This document shows, piece by piece, positions 27,343 through 37,418 of a stretch of DNA of 64,000 bases. Source of the DNA: Nitrospirota bacterium (GTDB lineage Bacteria; Nitrospirota; JACRHL01). The notes below the pieces were generated by a model. That model did not search any database. It was not told where the DNA came from and was given only the letters and a program-made list of their open reading frames with translations. Positions within the stretch are counted from its first letter, which is position 1; every line of letters starts with the position of its first letter. Both the position numbers and the translations under genes were made by a program. The DNA lies in the NCBI GenBank assembly GCA_029881725.1, contig JAOUMB010000001.1, forward strand, positions 17,321 through 81,320, in the 5' to 3' direction.

Positions 27343-27387
27343 GGGTGGGGGCGGAATTCACACAATCCTAACATTCCGCCCCTACCC
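27343..27387 (+). terminator. Inverted repeat (GGGGTGGGGGCGGAAT ... ATTCCGCCCCTACCC) immediately after the porin stop; possible attenuator/terminator without a clear U-tract
   Basis: Read directly from the sequence. Lies between the porin stop (27331) and the pstS SD (AGAGGAAC). Confidence 0.35.
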
Positions 27388-27422
27388 TTCCTCCTAACCT
27401 GACTTTTGAAAGAGGAACCACC

Positions 27423-28472
27423 ATGCGCAAGCAGACTGTTCTGACCCTATTGACCACCGGCGCACTGGCCTTGGCCGGTGTGGCATACGCGGGCACCACC
27501 ATCACCGGGGCCGGGGCCACCTTCCCGTACCCGATCTACTCCAAGTGGGCCCACGCCTACAACCAGGCCACCGGGGTGAAACTGAACTACCAGTCCATCG
27601 GCTCCGGCGGCGGCGTAAAGCAGATCAAGGCCAACACCGTGGACTTCGGCGCCTCCGACGCGCCGCTGAAGGCCAAGGACCTGCAGCAAGCCGGGCTGGT
27701 GCAGTTCCCGATGATCATGGGCGGCGTGGTGCCGGTGGTGAACCTGCTCGGCATTCCGTCCGGCAAGCTGCGCCTGACCGGCCCGGTGCTGGCCGACATC
27801 TATCTGGGCAAGATCAAGCGCTGGAACGACCCGGCCATCGCCAAAATCAATCCGGGCCTGACCCTGCCCGCCGCCGAAATCGCGGTGGTGCACCGGGCCG
27901 ACGGCTCCGGCACCACCTGGATCTTTACCAACTACCTGACCAAGGTGAGCCCGGCATGGGCGGACGAGATCGGCAACGCCAAGGCCGTGCAGTGGCCCGC
28001 GGGCATGGGCGGCAAGGGCAATGAGGGCGTGGCCGCCTTCGTGTCGAAGGTGAATGGCTCCATCGGATACGTGGAATACGCCTACGCCAAGCAGAACCAC
28101 ATGACCGTGGTGACCATGCAGAACCATGACGGCACCTTCGTGGCCCCCACTGCCGCCAACTTCCAGGCCGCCGCCGAAGGCGCCGACTGGAAGGGGACGC
28201 CGGGCTACTACGTGGTGCTCACCGATCAGCCGGGCAAGAACGCCTGGCCCATCACCGGCGCCTCGTTCATCCTGATGCACAAGAAACAGCGGGGCCCGGC
28301 GCAGGCCGCCGAAGTGCTCAAGTTCCTGAACTGGTCCTACGTCAACGGCAATCAGGCGGCGATGGACCTGGACTATGTGCCCATGCCCGCCTCGGTGGTC
28401 ACGCTGGTGCGCCAGACCTGGGCCGACGAGATCAAGGGCGCGGGCGGCGAAACCATCTGGCCGGCCAACTAG
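27423..28472 (+). CDS. pstS: Phosphate ABC transporter substrate-binding protein
   Basis: Signal peptide, then TGAGATFPYPIYSKWAHAY...SIGSGGGVKQI...GASDAPL, the canonical PstS sequence. Confidence 0.9.
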   Translation: MRKQTVLTLLTTGALALAGVAYAGTTITGAGATFPYPIYSKWAHAYNQATGVKLNYQSIGSGGGVKQIKANTVDFGASDAPLKAKDLQQAGLVQFPMIMGGVVPVVNLLGIPSGKLRLTGPVLADIYLGKIKRWNDPAIAKINPGLTLPAAEIAVVHRADGSGTTWIFTNYLTKVSPAWADEIGNAKAVQWPAGMGGKGNEGVAAFVSKVNGSIGYVEYAYAKQNHMTVVTMQNHDGTFVAPTAANFQAAAEGADWKGTPGYYVVLTDQPGKNAWPITGASFILMHKKQRGPAQAAEVLKFLNWSYVNGNQAAMDLDYVPMPASVVTLVRQTWADEIKGAGGETIWPAN

Positions 28473-28475
28473 TCC

Positions 28476-29441
28476 GTGTCCCGAACCGCTACCAGCGAAT
28501 CGCAGATCCCCGAAGCCACGGCCCCGCGCCGTGCCTTCGGGGACGTTGCGTTCAAGGCCATCACCACCGGTTTCGCGGTGGGTATCCTGCTGCTGCTGGG
28601 GGCCATGTTCTTCGTGCTGTGGCGGGAGTCGGCGCTGGCCATCGAGGCGTTCGGCCCCGGCTTTCTGACCAGCGCCAAGTGGAACCCGGTGACCGAAAAA
28701 TTCGGCGCCCTGGTGGCCATCACCGGCACCCTGGTGTCCACCGTCATCGCCCTGCTCGTGGCGGTGCCGGTAAGCATCGGCATCGCCCTGTTCCTGGCGG
28801 AACTGGCCCCGGAGAAAATCCGCACCCCGTTCGGCGTGGCCATCGAACTGCTGGCCGCCATTCCCAGCATCGTCTACGGCATGTGGGGACTGTTCGTGCT
28901 GGCGCCGCTCATGAGCGCCTATCTGCAACCGGCCCTGGGCGGCCTGTTCGGCTGGACCCCGTTCTTCTCCGGCCCCCAGATGGGCATCGGCATGCTCACC
29001 GCCGGGCTGGTGCTGGCGCTGATGATCATCCCGTTCATCGCCTCGGTCACCCGCGACGTATTCCGCATGGTGCCCGCCCAGCTCAAGGAATCGGCCTACG
29101 GCATGGGGGCCACCACCTGGGAGGTGGTCAAGGACATCATGATTCCCTACGGCCGCAAGGGCATCTACGGCGCCGTGTTCCTGGGGCTGGGCCGGGCGCT
29201 GGGGGAGACCATGGCGGTCACCTTCGTGATCGGCAACGCCCACCGGCTCAACTGGTCCCTGTTCGCCCCCGGCAACTCCATCGCCAGCACCCTGGCCAAC
29301 GAGTTCACCGAGGCCGACGGCGACCTGTACCTGTCTTCCCTGGTGGCCCTGGGGCTGGTGCTGTTTCTGATCACGTTTCTGATTCTGGGGTTCGCCCAGC
29401 TTTACCTGAAGCGCATGAGCGCGCCGGGCAGCAAGGGGTAG
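28476..29441 (+). CDS. pstC: Phosphate ABC transporter permease PstC
   Basis: GTG start 3 nt after the pstS stop. Six TM segments with PstC-type EAA loop region (SAYGMGATTWEV). Confidence 0.9.
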   Translation: MSRTATSESQIPEATAPRRAFGDVAFKAITTGFAVGILLLLGAMFFVLWRESALAIEAFGPGFLTSAKWNPVTEKFGALVAITGTLVSTVIALLVAVPVSIGIALFLAELAPEKIRTPFGVAIELLAAIPSIVYGMWGLFVLAPLMSAYLQPALGGLFGWTPFFSGPQMGIGMLTAGLVLALMIIPFIASVTRDVFRMVPAQLKESAYGMGATTWEVVKDIMIPYGRKGIYGAVFLGLGRALGETMAVTFVIGNAHRLNWSLFAPGNSIASTLANEFTEADGDLYLSSLVALGLVLFLITFLILGFAQLYLKRMSAPGSKG

Positions 29442-29445
29442 CACG

Positions 29446-30294
29446 ATGGCCGTCCACATCGATACCCGCCGCCGGGTGCTGATCAACAAGCTGGTCATGG
29501 GTGTCTCCACCGGCGCCGCCTTGGCGGGATTGACCATGCTGGTGTGGATTCTGGGTGACGTGGCCCTCAAGGGGCTGTCCGCCATCAACTGGGATTTCTT
29601 CACCAAGCTGCCCGCCCCTCCCGGCGAGGAAGGCGGCGGTCTGGCCAACGCCATTGTGGGCACCCTGATCCTGACCGTGGCGGCGGCGCTCATCGCGGTG
29701 CCGTTCGGTGTGCTGGCGGGCACCTATCTGGCCGAATTCGGAAAAACCGAAAAGCTGGGCGCGGCAGTGCGCTACGTGTCCGACATCCTGGTGAGCGCCC
29801 CGTCCATCGTGATCGGCGTGTTCGCCTATCTGGTCATCGTGATTCCCATGGGCAACTTCTCCGGCTGGGCCGGTGCGGTGGCGCTGGCCATCATCATGAT
29901 CCCGGTGGTCACCCGCACCACCGAGGAGATGCTGCGGCTGGTGCCCATCGAGATGCGCGAGGCCACCCTGGCCCTGGGCGCCCCCTACTGGAAGATGATG
30001 CTCGGCGTCATCTACCGGGCCGCCGCCACCGGCATGACCACCGGCATCCTGCTGGCGGTGGCGCGGGTGTCCGGCGAAACCGCGCCCCTTCTGTTCACCT
30101 CCCTCAACAGCCCCTACTGGCTGGAGAGCCTGAACGAGCCCATTGCCAACCTGACCGTGACCCTGTTCAACTATGCCATGAGCCCCTACGAGGACTGGCA
30201 GACCATGGCCTGGGGAGCGGCGTTTCTGATTACCTCCTCCGTGCTGGCACTTACCGTGTTTTCCCGTATCATTCTGATGAAGCGGATGCGATGA
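29446..30294 (+). CDS. pstA: Phosphate ABC transporter permease PstA
   Basis: PstA-type permease ([17 protein letters not shown]-like loop, ETAPLLFTS). Confidence 0.9.
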   Translation: MAVHIDTRRRVLINKLVMGVSTGAALAGLTMLVWILGDVALKGLSAINWDFFTKLPAPPGEEGGGLANAIVGTLILTVAAALIAVPFGVLAGTYLAEFGKTEKLGAAVRYVSDILVSAPSIVIGVFAYLVIVIPMGNFSGWAGAVALAIIMIPVVTRTTEEMLRLVPIEMREATLALGAPYWKMMLGVIYRAAATGMTTGILLAVARVSGETAPLLFTSLNSPYWLESLNEPIANLTVTLFNYAMSPYEDWQTMAWGAAFLITSSVLALTVFSRIILMKRMR

Positions 30295-31193
30295 CGAGCA
30301 ATCTGGTGACCAAACCCAAACATACCGACCCCACCCCCCCCGAAGCGGACGCCGTCAGCGAGACCCCGCCACGGGATGCCGTCCGGCCGCCGCGCAAGCC
30401 ACACCTGGAGGCCTCGCGCAGAGGCGGCCGCAAGGTGGAAAAGGCCAAGGTATCGGTACGCGGCCTCAATTTCTTCTATGGCGAAAAGCAGGCGTTGATG
30501 GACAACACCCTGGACATCGCCGAGGGCAAGGTAACCGCCTTCATCGGCCCGTCCGGTTGCGGCAAGTCCACCCACATCCGCACCTACAACCGCATGTATG
30601 ACCTGTACAAGGGGCAACGCGCGGAAGGCGAAATTCTGATGGATGGCGTGAACATCCTCTCACCGGAAATCTCGTCGCTGGAATTGCGCCACCGCATCGG
30701 CATGATTTTTCAGAAACCGACCCCGTTCCCCATGAGCGTGTTCGACAACGTGGCCTATGGCCTGCGCCTGCGCGGCAACATGCCCAAAAGCGAACTGGAA
30801 GGCCGGGTGGAGCAGGCCCTCAAGGACGCCGCCCTGTGGGATCAGGTGCAGGATGATCTGCACAAGCCGGGCACCGACCTGTCCGGCGGGCAGCAGCAGC
30901 GTTTGTGCATTGCCCGCGCCATTGCGGTGGAGCCGGAGGTGATCCTGATGGACGAGCCGTGCTCCGCGCTGGACCCCATCGCCACCGGCAAGATCGAGGA
31001 ACTGATCGAGGAGTTCCGGGGCCGCTACACGGTGGTGATCGTGACCCACAACATGCAGCAGGCGGCCCGCGTGTCGGACTATACGGCCTTCTTTTACATC
31101 GGCAAGCTGGTGGAGTTCGGCGATACCGACACCATTTTCACCAACCCCCGTAAACAGCAGACGGAAGATTACATCACCGGTCGCTTCGGCTGA
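30291..31193 (+). CDS. pstB: Phosphate ABC transporter ATP-binding protein PstB (with a roughly 40-aa Pro/Arg-rich N-terminal extension if the ATGA-coupled start is used)
   Basis: [39 protein letters not shown] (Walker A), [14 protein letters not shown] signature, [11 protein letters not shown] Walker B. The 30291 start overlaps the pstA stop by 4 bp. Confidence 0.9.
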   Translation: MTSNLVTKPKHTDPTPPEADAVSETPPRDAVRPPRKPHLEASRRGGRKVEKAKVSVRGLNFFYGEKQALMDNTLDIAEGKVTAFIGPSGCGKSTHIRTYNRMYDLYKGQRAEGEILMDGVNILSPEISSLELRHRIGMIFQKPTPFPMSVFDNVAYGLRLRGNMPKSELEGRVEQALKDAALWDQVQDDLHKPGTDLSGGQQQRLCIARAIAVEPEVILMDEPCSALDPIATGKIEELIEEFRGRYTVVIVTHNMQQAARVSDYTAFFYIGKLVEFGDTDTIFTNPRKQQTEDYITGRFG

Positions 31194-31212
31194 CCGGACC
31201 ACAAGGATCCCC

Positions 31213-31917
31213 ATGGCACCCAATCAGGCCCATACCAGCCGCAAATTCGACGAGGAGATGTCCGACCTGAAAAGCCGCGTCCTGTCCCTGGGCGGGCTGG
31301 TGGAAAAAGCCATCGACAGCGCCATGATGGCCCTGTTGAACACGGACAACGAGATGGCCGAGCTGACCATCGACCGCGACAAGGCCATCAACGCGCTGGA
31401 AGTGCAGTGCGACGACATGACCCGCTCCATTCTGGTGCGCCGTCAGCCGGCGGCGGGGGACCTGCGGTTCATCATTTCGGCCATCAAGGTGGTCACCGAC
31501 CTGGAACGCATGGGCGATCTGGCGGCGGGCATCGCCGAGGGTTCCCTGCGTCTGGGGGAAATGCCCGACGGCCCCAAGTCCAGCCTGTCGGCCATGAGTG
31601 ATCTGGTCAAGCAGCAGGTGTCCCGGGCGCTGGATGCCCTCTCCCGCGGCGACATCGATCTGGCCATGGAGGTGATCGAAAAGGACAACGCGGTGGACGA
31701 GATGTACCACGCCACCTACCGGGAACTGCTCACCTACATGATCGAAAATCCGCGCCGGATCAGCGCGTACATCATTCTGAGCAACATCGCCAAGAACCTG
31801 GAACGGATCGGCGATCACGCCACCAACCTGTGCGAGATGGTGATCTACATCATCCGTGCCCACGACATCCGCCACGTGGACCACGAGGCCGCCGCGGCCC
31901 TGCTCAAGGAGGAGTAG
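31213..31917 (+). CDS. phoU: Phosphate signalling complex protein PhoU
   Basis: Two PhoU repeats (DDMTRSILVRRQPAAGDLRFIISAIKVVTDLERMGD, DEMYHATYRELLTYM...ILSNIAKNLERIGDHATN). Confidence 0.9.
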   Translation: MAPNQAHTSRKFDEEMSDLKSRVLSLGGLVEKAIDSAMMALLNTDNEMAELTIDRDKAINALEVQCDDMTRSILVRRQPAAGDLRFIISAIKVVTDLERMGDLAAGIAEGSLRLGEMPDGPKSSLSAMSDLVKQQVSRALDALSRGDIDLAMEVIEKDNAVDEMYHATYRELLTYMIENPRRISAYIILSNIAKNLERIGDHATNLCEMVIYIIRAHDIRHVDHEAAAALLKEE

Positions 31918-31979
31918 CGTCCGGCGGCGCGAGTGCAACCCCCCCGTTTTCGGTTAAACCCGCCGGGGGAATGGAGCCG

Positions 31980-32963
31980 CTACATCTGCCGGGTGCCGCC
32001 GCTCCGGCTCGCCACGCGCATGCGGCTTTTGGGCGGCAGCGCGCCAAAGGAATGGCCGTCCTGTTGCAGCTTGGGGGGATCGGGAAACGGCTTGCTCGGC
32101 GGCAAGGGCGCGAACGACTCGCCGTTACGGGCGCGCATGTCGTAATACAGCACCACGATCAGCACCATGTACACGGGCATCATGCCCAGTTGCAGGGCCA
32201 TGGGCACCAGCCCCTTGACCACATCCGGCACCAGCCCGGAGGGCAGGAACAGCATGCCGACGGTCATGGCCAGGACCATCGCCATCATCAGCAACGCCAT
32301 CACCAGATAGACCCCGAAATTCCGCCAGCACCGCCCCCAGGCCAGTTCCACACTGCGCCGCAGGGCGCGGAGTGCCCACTTGCCTTCCGCCACCACCACG
32401 ACGGGTGCGAACAGCAGATTCATCATCAGCATCATGCCCAGCACCCAGGTTGCCAGGGCGCAGGCAAACGTCACCCCGCCGCCAAGTTGCATCCGGATCG
32501 CCAGTTGGCCCGGCAGCATGGTCACCCCAATCGCCACCGCGGCCAGCAGGCCGGTGGGAAACATCTTGAGTGCCGGGGCGCCAATGCCCGCGGCCAGGGC
32601 ATCCCCCAAGGAGGGACGACGCCCCTCACAGGCGGCGCACACCACGTGAATGGTGGCCACGTAGCTGACCACGCCGCCAAGAATCATCAGCAGCGCTCCG
32701 GCTGCCAGCAAGCCGATGGGCAGGGCCTGCATCAGCGGACCCAGGTCCGGCGGCGTGCCCGGCGACTGCCGGGAAATTTCAGAAAGTCCGGCCACCCATG
32801 CCGGGTTGGCCATGGTGGTCACCCCAAGCCACACAAGCACCCCCAGGGCCGGCAACAGCGGCACCGTTCCCACTGCGGTCAACACCAGCATATGGTCGAT
32901 GAACATCCCGAAGGTGGTGCGAATCACCTGACCCAATGTCATTCGTGAGCGGATCGGCTCCAT
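31980..32963 (-). CDS. Hypothetical integral membrane protein (about 6-7 TM; resembles DUF975 / GPDPase-membrane-domain-like proteins)
   Basis: Start placed at MEPIRSRMTLGQVIRTTFGMF. Highly hydrophobic, with a C-terminal Pro-rich tail. No catalytic motif recognised. Confidence 0.55.
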   Translation of the reverse strand: MEPIRSRMTLGQVIRTTFGMFIDHMLVLTAVGTVPLLPALGVLVWLGVTTMANPAWVAGLSEISRQSPGTPPDLGPLMQALPIGLLAAGALLMILGGVVSYVATIHVVCAACEGRRPSLGDALAAGIGAPALKMFPTGLLAAVAIGVTMLPGQLAIRMQLGGGVTFACALATWVLGMMLMMNLLFAPVVVVAEGKWALRALRRSVELAWGRCWRNFGVYLVMALLMMAMVLAMTVGMLFLPSGLVPDVVKGLVPMALQLGMMPVYMVLIVVLYYDMRARNGESFAPLPPSKPFPDPPKLQQDGHSFGALPPKSRMRVASRSGGTRQM

Positions 32964-33146
32964 GACAACCTCCCGGTCCGGGAGGTTATCCTGCAACGGA
33001 CATCCCCGGGCCACTGTAATTGGCCCGCCACGTCAGCGGGCATCGATGGCCGCAGCCACCTCCCCATTGCGCCATAACCCGCCGGGTCGCTATAACAGGG
33101 GCACTCAATTCACCCCTTTCACATTCGCCCCACGGAGGCATCCGGT

Positions 33147-34271
33147 ATGGCACCCTCTCTTTTCGTCCTGTTCGGTGTTTTCCTCAACCTTTTGTTTGCC
33201 GTTCCTCCTACATTTGCCGAAGGGCCGGAGCGGGCCCGTGACATGGGCATCATTTTTGAAGGAAAAACAGGTCGTTACAACGCCATCACCGATGTGAACG
33301 GGGTCACCGTTGGGCATGCCACGGTGGTATCGGCGGATACGGGGCCCAACGCCGCGCGCACCGGGGTAACCGTGGTGTTTCCGGGCGGCTCCGGCACCGA
33401 TGAACGGTACCCCGCCGCAACCCATGTGCTGAACGGCAATGGGGAGATGACCGGTACCGTTTGGGTTGCGGAATCGGGCTTTCTGGAGGGACCGGTGGTG
33501 CTCACCAACACCCACTCGGTGGGCACCGCCCATCAGGCCCTCATCGCCTGGGGCCAGCGGCGCTTTCCCGGCACCGAGGCCTACAGCCTGCCGGTGGTGG
33601 CCGAAACCTGGGACGGCTTTTTAAACGACATCAACGGCTTTCACGTCACCAGCGCCCATGTGGAGGCGGCCATCCAGGCGGCCGCCTCCGGCCCGGTGGC
33701 CGAAGGCAACGTGGGGGGCGGCACCGGCATGGTGGCCTACCGGTTCAAGGGCGGGATTGGCACCGCCAGCCGCGTGACGGACGGAACCGGATACACGGTG
33801 GGCGTGCTGGTGCAGGCCAATTACGGCCGCCGGGAGGACCTGATCATTTCCGGGGTGCCGGTGGGCAGGATGATCACCGACCGGATGCCGGCGCGGGGCA
33901 TCGACCGTCAGCGGCGCGAAGGCTCGATCGTCGCCGTGGTGGCCACGGATTCTCCACTGCTCCCGCACCAGTTGCAACGGCTGGCGCGGCGCGTGCCGCT
34001 GGCGCTGGGAAAACTGGGCAGCGTGGCCACCAACTCGTCGGGGGATCTGTTCGTGGCCTTTTCCACCGCGCTCCCGGACCTGAAGAAGGGGGTTGAACGG
34101 TGGCGCGCCGTTCCCAACGACGCCCTGGACCCGCTGTTCACCGCCGTCATCCAGGCCACCGAGGAGGCGGTGCTGAACGCCATGATCGCGGCGAAAACCA
34201 TGACCGGGCGCGACGGCAACACGGTATACGCCCTGCCCCACGAGCGGCTGCGGAAACTGCTGAAGCCGTAA
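33147..34271 (+). CDS. DmpA/ArgJ-fold (peptidase S58, P1 family) L-aminopeptidase/D-esterase-like protein, secreted
   Basis: Signal peptide. ITDVNGVTVGHAT, GGIGTASR, SIVAVVATD and LLP motifs typical of the DmpA/OAT family. GGAGG SD. Confidence 0.8.
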   Translation: MAPSLFVLFGVFLNLLFAVPPTFAEGPERARDMGIIFEGKTGRYNAITDVNGVTVGHATVVSADTGPNAARTGVTVVFPGGSGTDERYPAATHVLNGNGEMTGTVWVAESGFLEGPVVLTNTHSVGTAHQALIAWGQRRFPGTEAYSLPVVAETWDGFLNDINGFHVTSAHVEAAIQAAASGPVAEGNVGGGTGMVAYRFKGGIGTASRVTDGTGYTVGVLVQANYGRREDLIISGVPVGRMITDRMPARGIDRQRREGSIVAVVATDSPLLPHQLQRLARRVPLALGKLGSVATNSSGDLFVAFSTALPDLKKGVERWRAVPNDALDPLFTAVIQATEEAVLNAMIAAKTMTGRDGNTVYALPHERLRKLLKP

Positions 34272-34279
34272 GCTTCCCC

Positions 34280-35038
34280 CTAGCGGCGCGCCCCCAGCAC
34301 CCATCCCAGCGGCAGGTGCACGCTGCCTTCCGCGTGCAGGCCGAGGCGTCCTTGGCCCCGGTCGGTAAAAGCGACCTGTTCCAGGGCCACCCGGTGCCGT
34401 TTCAGGCTGTCGGGCAACGACGCCACCAGCCCCTCCGGGGCCGACTTGCGGATTTCCTTCTCGATCAGGTCGGACAGCAGTTGCTCCAGGTTGAAAATGC
34501 GCGTCAGCTTGCCCAGATTGCCGCGTGGCTCGGCGCGGGTGATGCGCACCTCCAGCCGCACCCGCTCGGTGCCCTCGATTACCGGGGTCGCCGCCGCGCC
34601 GATGTCCACGGTGCCGCTGAGCAGCAGGCGCGGGGCCTTGCCGAACAGGCATGCCCACTGCTCCAGTTGCATCACCCCGGTCACGCCGAGGCCCCCGTCC
34701 AGGGGAACCACGCGCATCTCGCTCAGGGACACCCGCTGGCCACACTCGTCATACTGCTTGGTGCCCCCCAGCGATTCGGTCAACCGCTCCTGCACCGCGC
34801 CCATGTCCGCGTCCAGCACCAGGGTGCCGCGCATCCCCTTGCCCTCCGGGGTCACCGTAAGGGTGGGCACAAAGCGCACCGGCACCGGCTTGCCGTCCAC
34901 CATCACCTGGCCGGACACCGGCTCCATGGGCACCTTTTGGGGGGTGGAGGCAAGGATGCTCGCAGGCCAGACCAGGAGCCCGATCAGGGCTCCCAGCATC
35001 AGCGATCGGGTTCGGTGAATCGAAAGGGAACGTTCCAT
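34280..35038 (-). CDS. Hypothetical secreted/periplasmic protein
   Basis: N-terminal signal peptide (LMLGALIGLLVWPASILA). No recognisable catalytic motifs. Convergent with the DmpA-like gene. Confidence 0.55.
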   Translation of the reverse strand: MERSLSIHRTRSLMLGALIGLLVWPASILASTPQKVPMEPVSGQVMVDGKPVPVRFVPTLTVTPEGKGMRGTLVLDADMGAVQERLTESLGGTKQYDECGQRVSLSEMRVVPLDGGLGVTGVMQLEQWACLFGKAPRLLLSGTVDIGAAATPVIEGTERVRLEVRITRAEPRGNLGKLTRIFNLEQLLSDLIEKEIRKSAPEGLVASLPDSLKRHRVALEQVAFTDRGQGRLGLHAEGSVHLPLGWVLGARR

Positions 35039-35379
35039 GGGGGCGACTCCAAAAGAAGTCTTATCGGCGAAATCGGCCTGATTCGCAATTCCAGTTTGGC
35101 CGCCAGGGGTATTCTCCGGCTGAGCGCTTCCCGCCCCGCGTCAGCTCGCGGCCCGGGGCGGCAATTTCACCTCTCCGGCAATGCCGTCGAAGTCGTACCC
35201 AAACATGTCGATGTCCTGCTTGAAGGCCTCGGCCACCTGGTAGACGTGAACAAACACAAATTTGAATGGAAAATCAGCATGGCCAGAAAGTCCTGAAACC
35301 GGCACTCCAACACAAGGTGAAATGGATCGGGGTCGCGTCGGGTAACGATACCACGCCCGCTCCACGCAAAAAAACCGGG

Positions 35380-36495
35380 CTAACGGGGGACTCCCGCCAG
35401 GGCCTCCAGCAGGTCCGCCCCCACCCGTTCCACGGAACAGAATTCCCGCACCCGCGCCACGCCCGCTTCGACCATTTTCCGATAGTGATCCGGCTCGTCG
35501 ATCAGGTGCGCGAATTTTTCCACAAACCCGGCTTCGTCGTCGTACAGGCACCAGGACAGTTCGCCGGTAAATAACTCATCGAACGGCCCCCACCGGTTGC
35601 ACAGCACCGGCAGGCCTGCCGCCATGGCGTCCACCACCACGTTGGGAAACACGTCCATTTCGGAACAGTAGACCAGCACGTCGGCCTCGCCCATGCGGCG
35701 CGGCAAGTCGTTCACGCGGCCGGGAAATTCGATGCGGCCCCGAAAGCGGCTGGCGCGCCACCGGTCGCGGCTCAGGCGGAAATAGCGCCCATCTCCGGCC
35801 AATGTCCAGTTCACTTCCGGGCGCGCGGCCATCACCGCCTCCATCAGGCCGTACAGGCGCAGCACCCCTTCGGTTTTGAGGCGGAACATGTACACCGTGG
35901 CGGTCAGCGCGCGCACCCCGCGCGCCGGGTCGGGCACGTAACCGGTGCGCACCCTGCCCACCGGCTTGGTGCTGCGCACCACCGCCATGGGGGTGCCTGG
36001 GAGCAGCTCTCGCGCCTTTTTTTGCAGATGCTCCGACATGGGCCACACGGCGTCGGCCACCGCCAGGTTGTGGAACCACACCCCGCGGTACCATTCGGCC
36101 TTGCCCCTGGTCCACCACCAGCGGGCAGCCACCACCTCGTCATACTCGCGCCAGGCATCGCCGCGCAGGCGCACCACGTAGCGGCACCCCAGCGCCTTGA
36201 TCCGGTCCACGAACCACGAATCCAGCAGCAACCGGTCGGTAAGCACGATCTTGTGCCTGTGCGGCAGCGCCGCGATGGCGTTCAGGGCGCGGCGGGAAAA
36301 CAGCTCCCCCACCCCCGGCACGCGCACGGTGATGGCCAGCGCGTGGCCGGGCAGAAAGTAGCGCTCGTAGGGCAGCGTTACCAGCGTGACCGGCAGCGCC
36401 TCCAGCGCCGCGCCAATCTCCGCGTAGCGCGGCGAGTGGATATAGATCAGGGCGGTGTCCTGCGGGGTCATGGCCTGTGCCGATCCGGCGGTCAT
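35380..36495 (-). CDS. GT4 (GT-B fold, RfaG/WbaZ-like) glycosyltransferase
   Basis: C-terminal GT-B donor-binding region (EADVLVYCSEMDVFPNVVVDAMAAGLPVL). Start ATG overlaps the stop of the upstream GT2 (ATGA). Confidence 0.8.
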   Translation of the reverse strand: MTAGSAQAMTPQDTALIYIHSPRYAEIGAALEALPVTLVTLPYERYFLPGHALAITVRVPGVGELFSRRALNAIAALPHRHKIVLTDRLLLDSWFVDRIKALGCRYVVRLRGDAWREYDEVVAARWWWTRGKAEWYRGVWFHNLAVADAVWPMSEHLQKKARELLPGTPMAVVRSTKPVGRVRTGYVPDPARGVRALTATVYMFRLKTEGVLRLYGLMEAVMAARPEVNWTLAGDGRYFRLSRDRWRASRFRGRIEFPGRVNDLPRRMGEADVLVYCSEMDVFPNVVVDAMAAGLPVLCNRWGPFDELFTGELSWCLYDDEAGFVEKFAHLIDEPDHYRKMVEAGVARVREFCSVERVGADLLEALAGVPR

Positions 36496-37418
36496 CCGCC
36501 CTTCAACCCCCGCATCACCCGCCACAGGAACCGCTGCAGCGGAACCCCGAACAGGGTGTCGACCAGCAGGACATACATCCCCAGCCGTTGAACCGGTGTT
36601 TCCAGAAACGCCCGCACCAGATAGCGCGATCCGTTGCGAAAATCCCGGTCGCGGAAATAGTGGTGCGCCACCTCCGACCAGCGGACGGCAAGCGCCTTGC
36701 GTTCGGTTCCGTGCCCGTATTTCGCAAAGCGGTCACCATGCTTGGACAGCAGGTGGCGGGTGGAGTTTTCCACGGACTCGCCGGTGGGGTTCCCGTCCCG
36801 GTACACCCGGGCCAGCGGCTTGGGGACCAGCACCAGTTCATACCGCTCCGCATAGCGCAGCAGCCAGTCCCAGTCGGTAAAGCGCGGCAGCGCGGTATCG
36901 TAATAGCCTACCTCGTCGAACACATCACGCCGAACCAGCAGCGTGGCGCCCGGAAACAAGCCGCACCCCATCAGCAGCAGCTTTTCCAGCGGGCGCGACA
37001 GGTGCGGAATCCTGGGGTAGGCCTCGCCGTCCGCCACCAGTTCGATGCCGCAGATGCAGCCGCGCACCGGGTCCGGGGCGCCTTCCAGCACTTCCAGTTG
37101 CGCGGCCAGCTTTCCGGGCAGCCATTCGTCGTCGGAATCCAGATAGGCCACATAGCGGCCGCGCGCGGCCCGCACGCCGGTATTCCGCCCCGCGGCCTCC
37201 CCGCCGTTGACCTCATGGCGGATCAGGCGCACGCGCGGGTCGTCCACGGACTCCACGGCGGCCACCGTCCCGTCCGTGGACCCATCGTCCACCACGACGA
37301 TCTCCAGATCAGGCACCGACTGCTCCAGCACGCTGCGGATGGCCCGCACGATGGTTTTCTCCCTGTTGAACGCGGGCATGACCACGCTTACCAGCGGAGT
37401 GGCGGAAGGTTCAAACAT
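36492..37418 (-). CDS. GT2 family glycosyltransferase
   Basis: VSVVMPAFNREKTIVRAIRSVLEQSVPDLEIVVVDDGSTDGT...YLDSDDEW GT-A/DXD motifs. Confidence 0.8.
   Translation of the reverse strand: MFEPSATPLVSVVMPAFNREKTIVRAIRSVLEQSVPDLEIVVVDDGSTDGTVAAVESVDDPRVRLIRHEVNGGEAAGRNTGVRAARGRYVAYLDSDDEWLPGKLAAQLEVLEGAPDPVRGCICGIELVADGEAYPRIPHLSRPLEKLLLMGCGLFPGATLLVRRDVFDEVGYYDTALPRFTDWDWLLRYAERYELVLVPKPLARVYRDGNPTGESVENSTRHLLSKHGDRFAKYGHGTERKALAVRWSEVAHHYFRDRDFRNGSRYLVRAFLETPVQRLGMYVLLVDTLFGVPLQRFLWRVMRGLKGG

Noticed and set aside
27447-29723. 758-aa minus-strand ORF opposite pstS/pstC (and similar long antisense ORFs at 6235-7740, 17774-19237, 19431-21059, 26210-27361, 57518-59287, 62146-63351)
   Set aside because: All lie antisense to genes with strong family signatures (PstS/PstC, GGDEF, EAL, GspE, porin, CysRS, DsbA). 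Their translations are low-complexity Arg/Gly/Pro/His-rich with no motifs; stop-codon depletion in high-GC DNA explains them.
35347-35378. Intrinsic terminator downstream of the GT4 gene (minus strand, A-run on plus strand)
   Set aside because: A U7 tract is present on the minus-strand RNA, but the preceding stem is only 3-4 bp with a long loop; too weak to call confidently.
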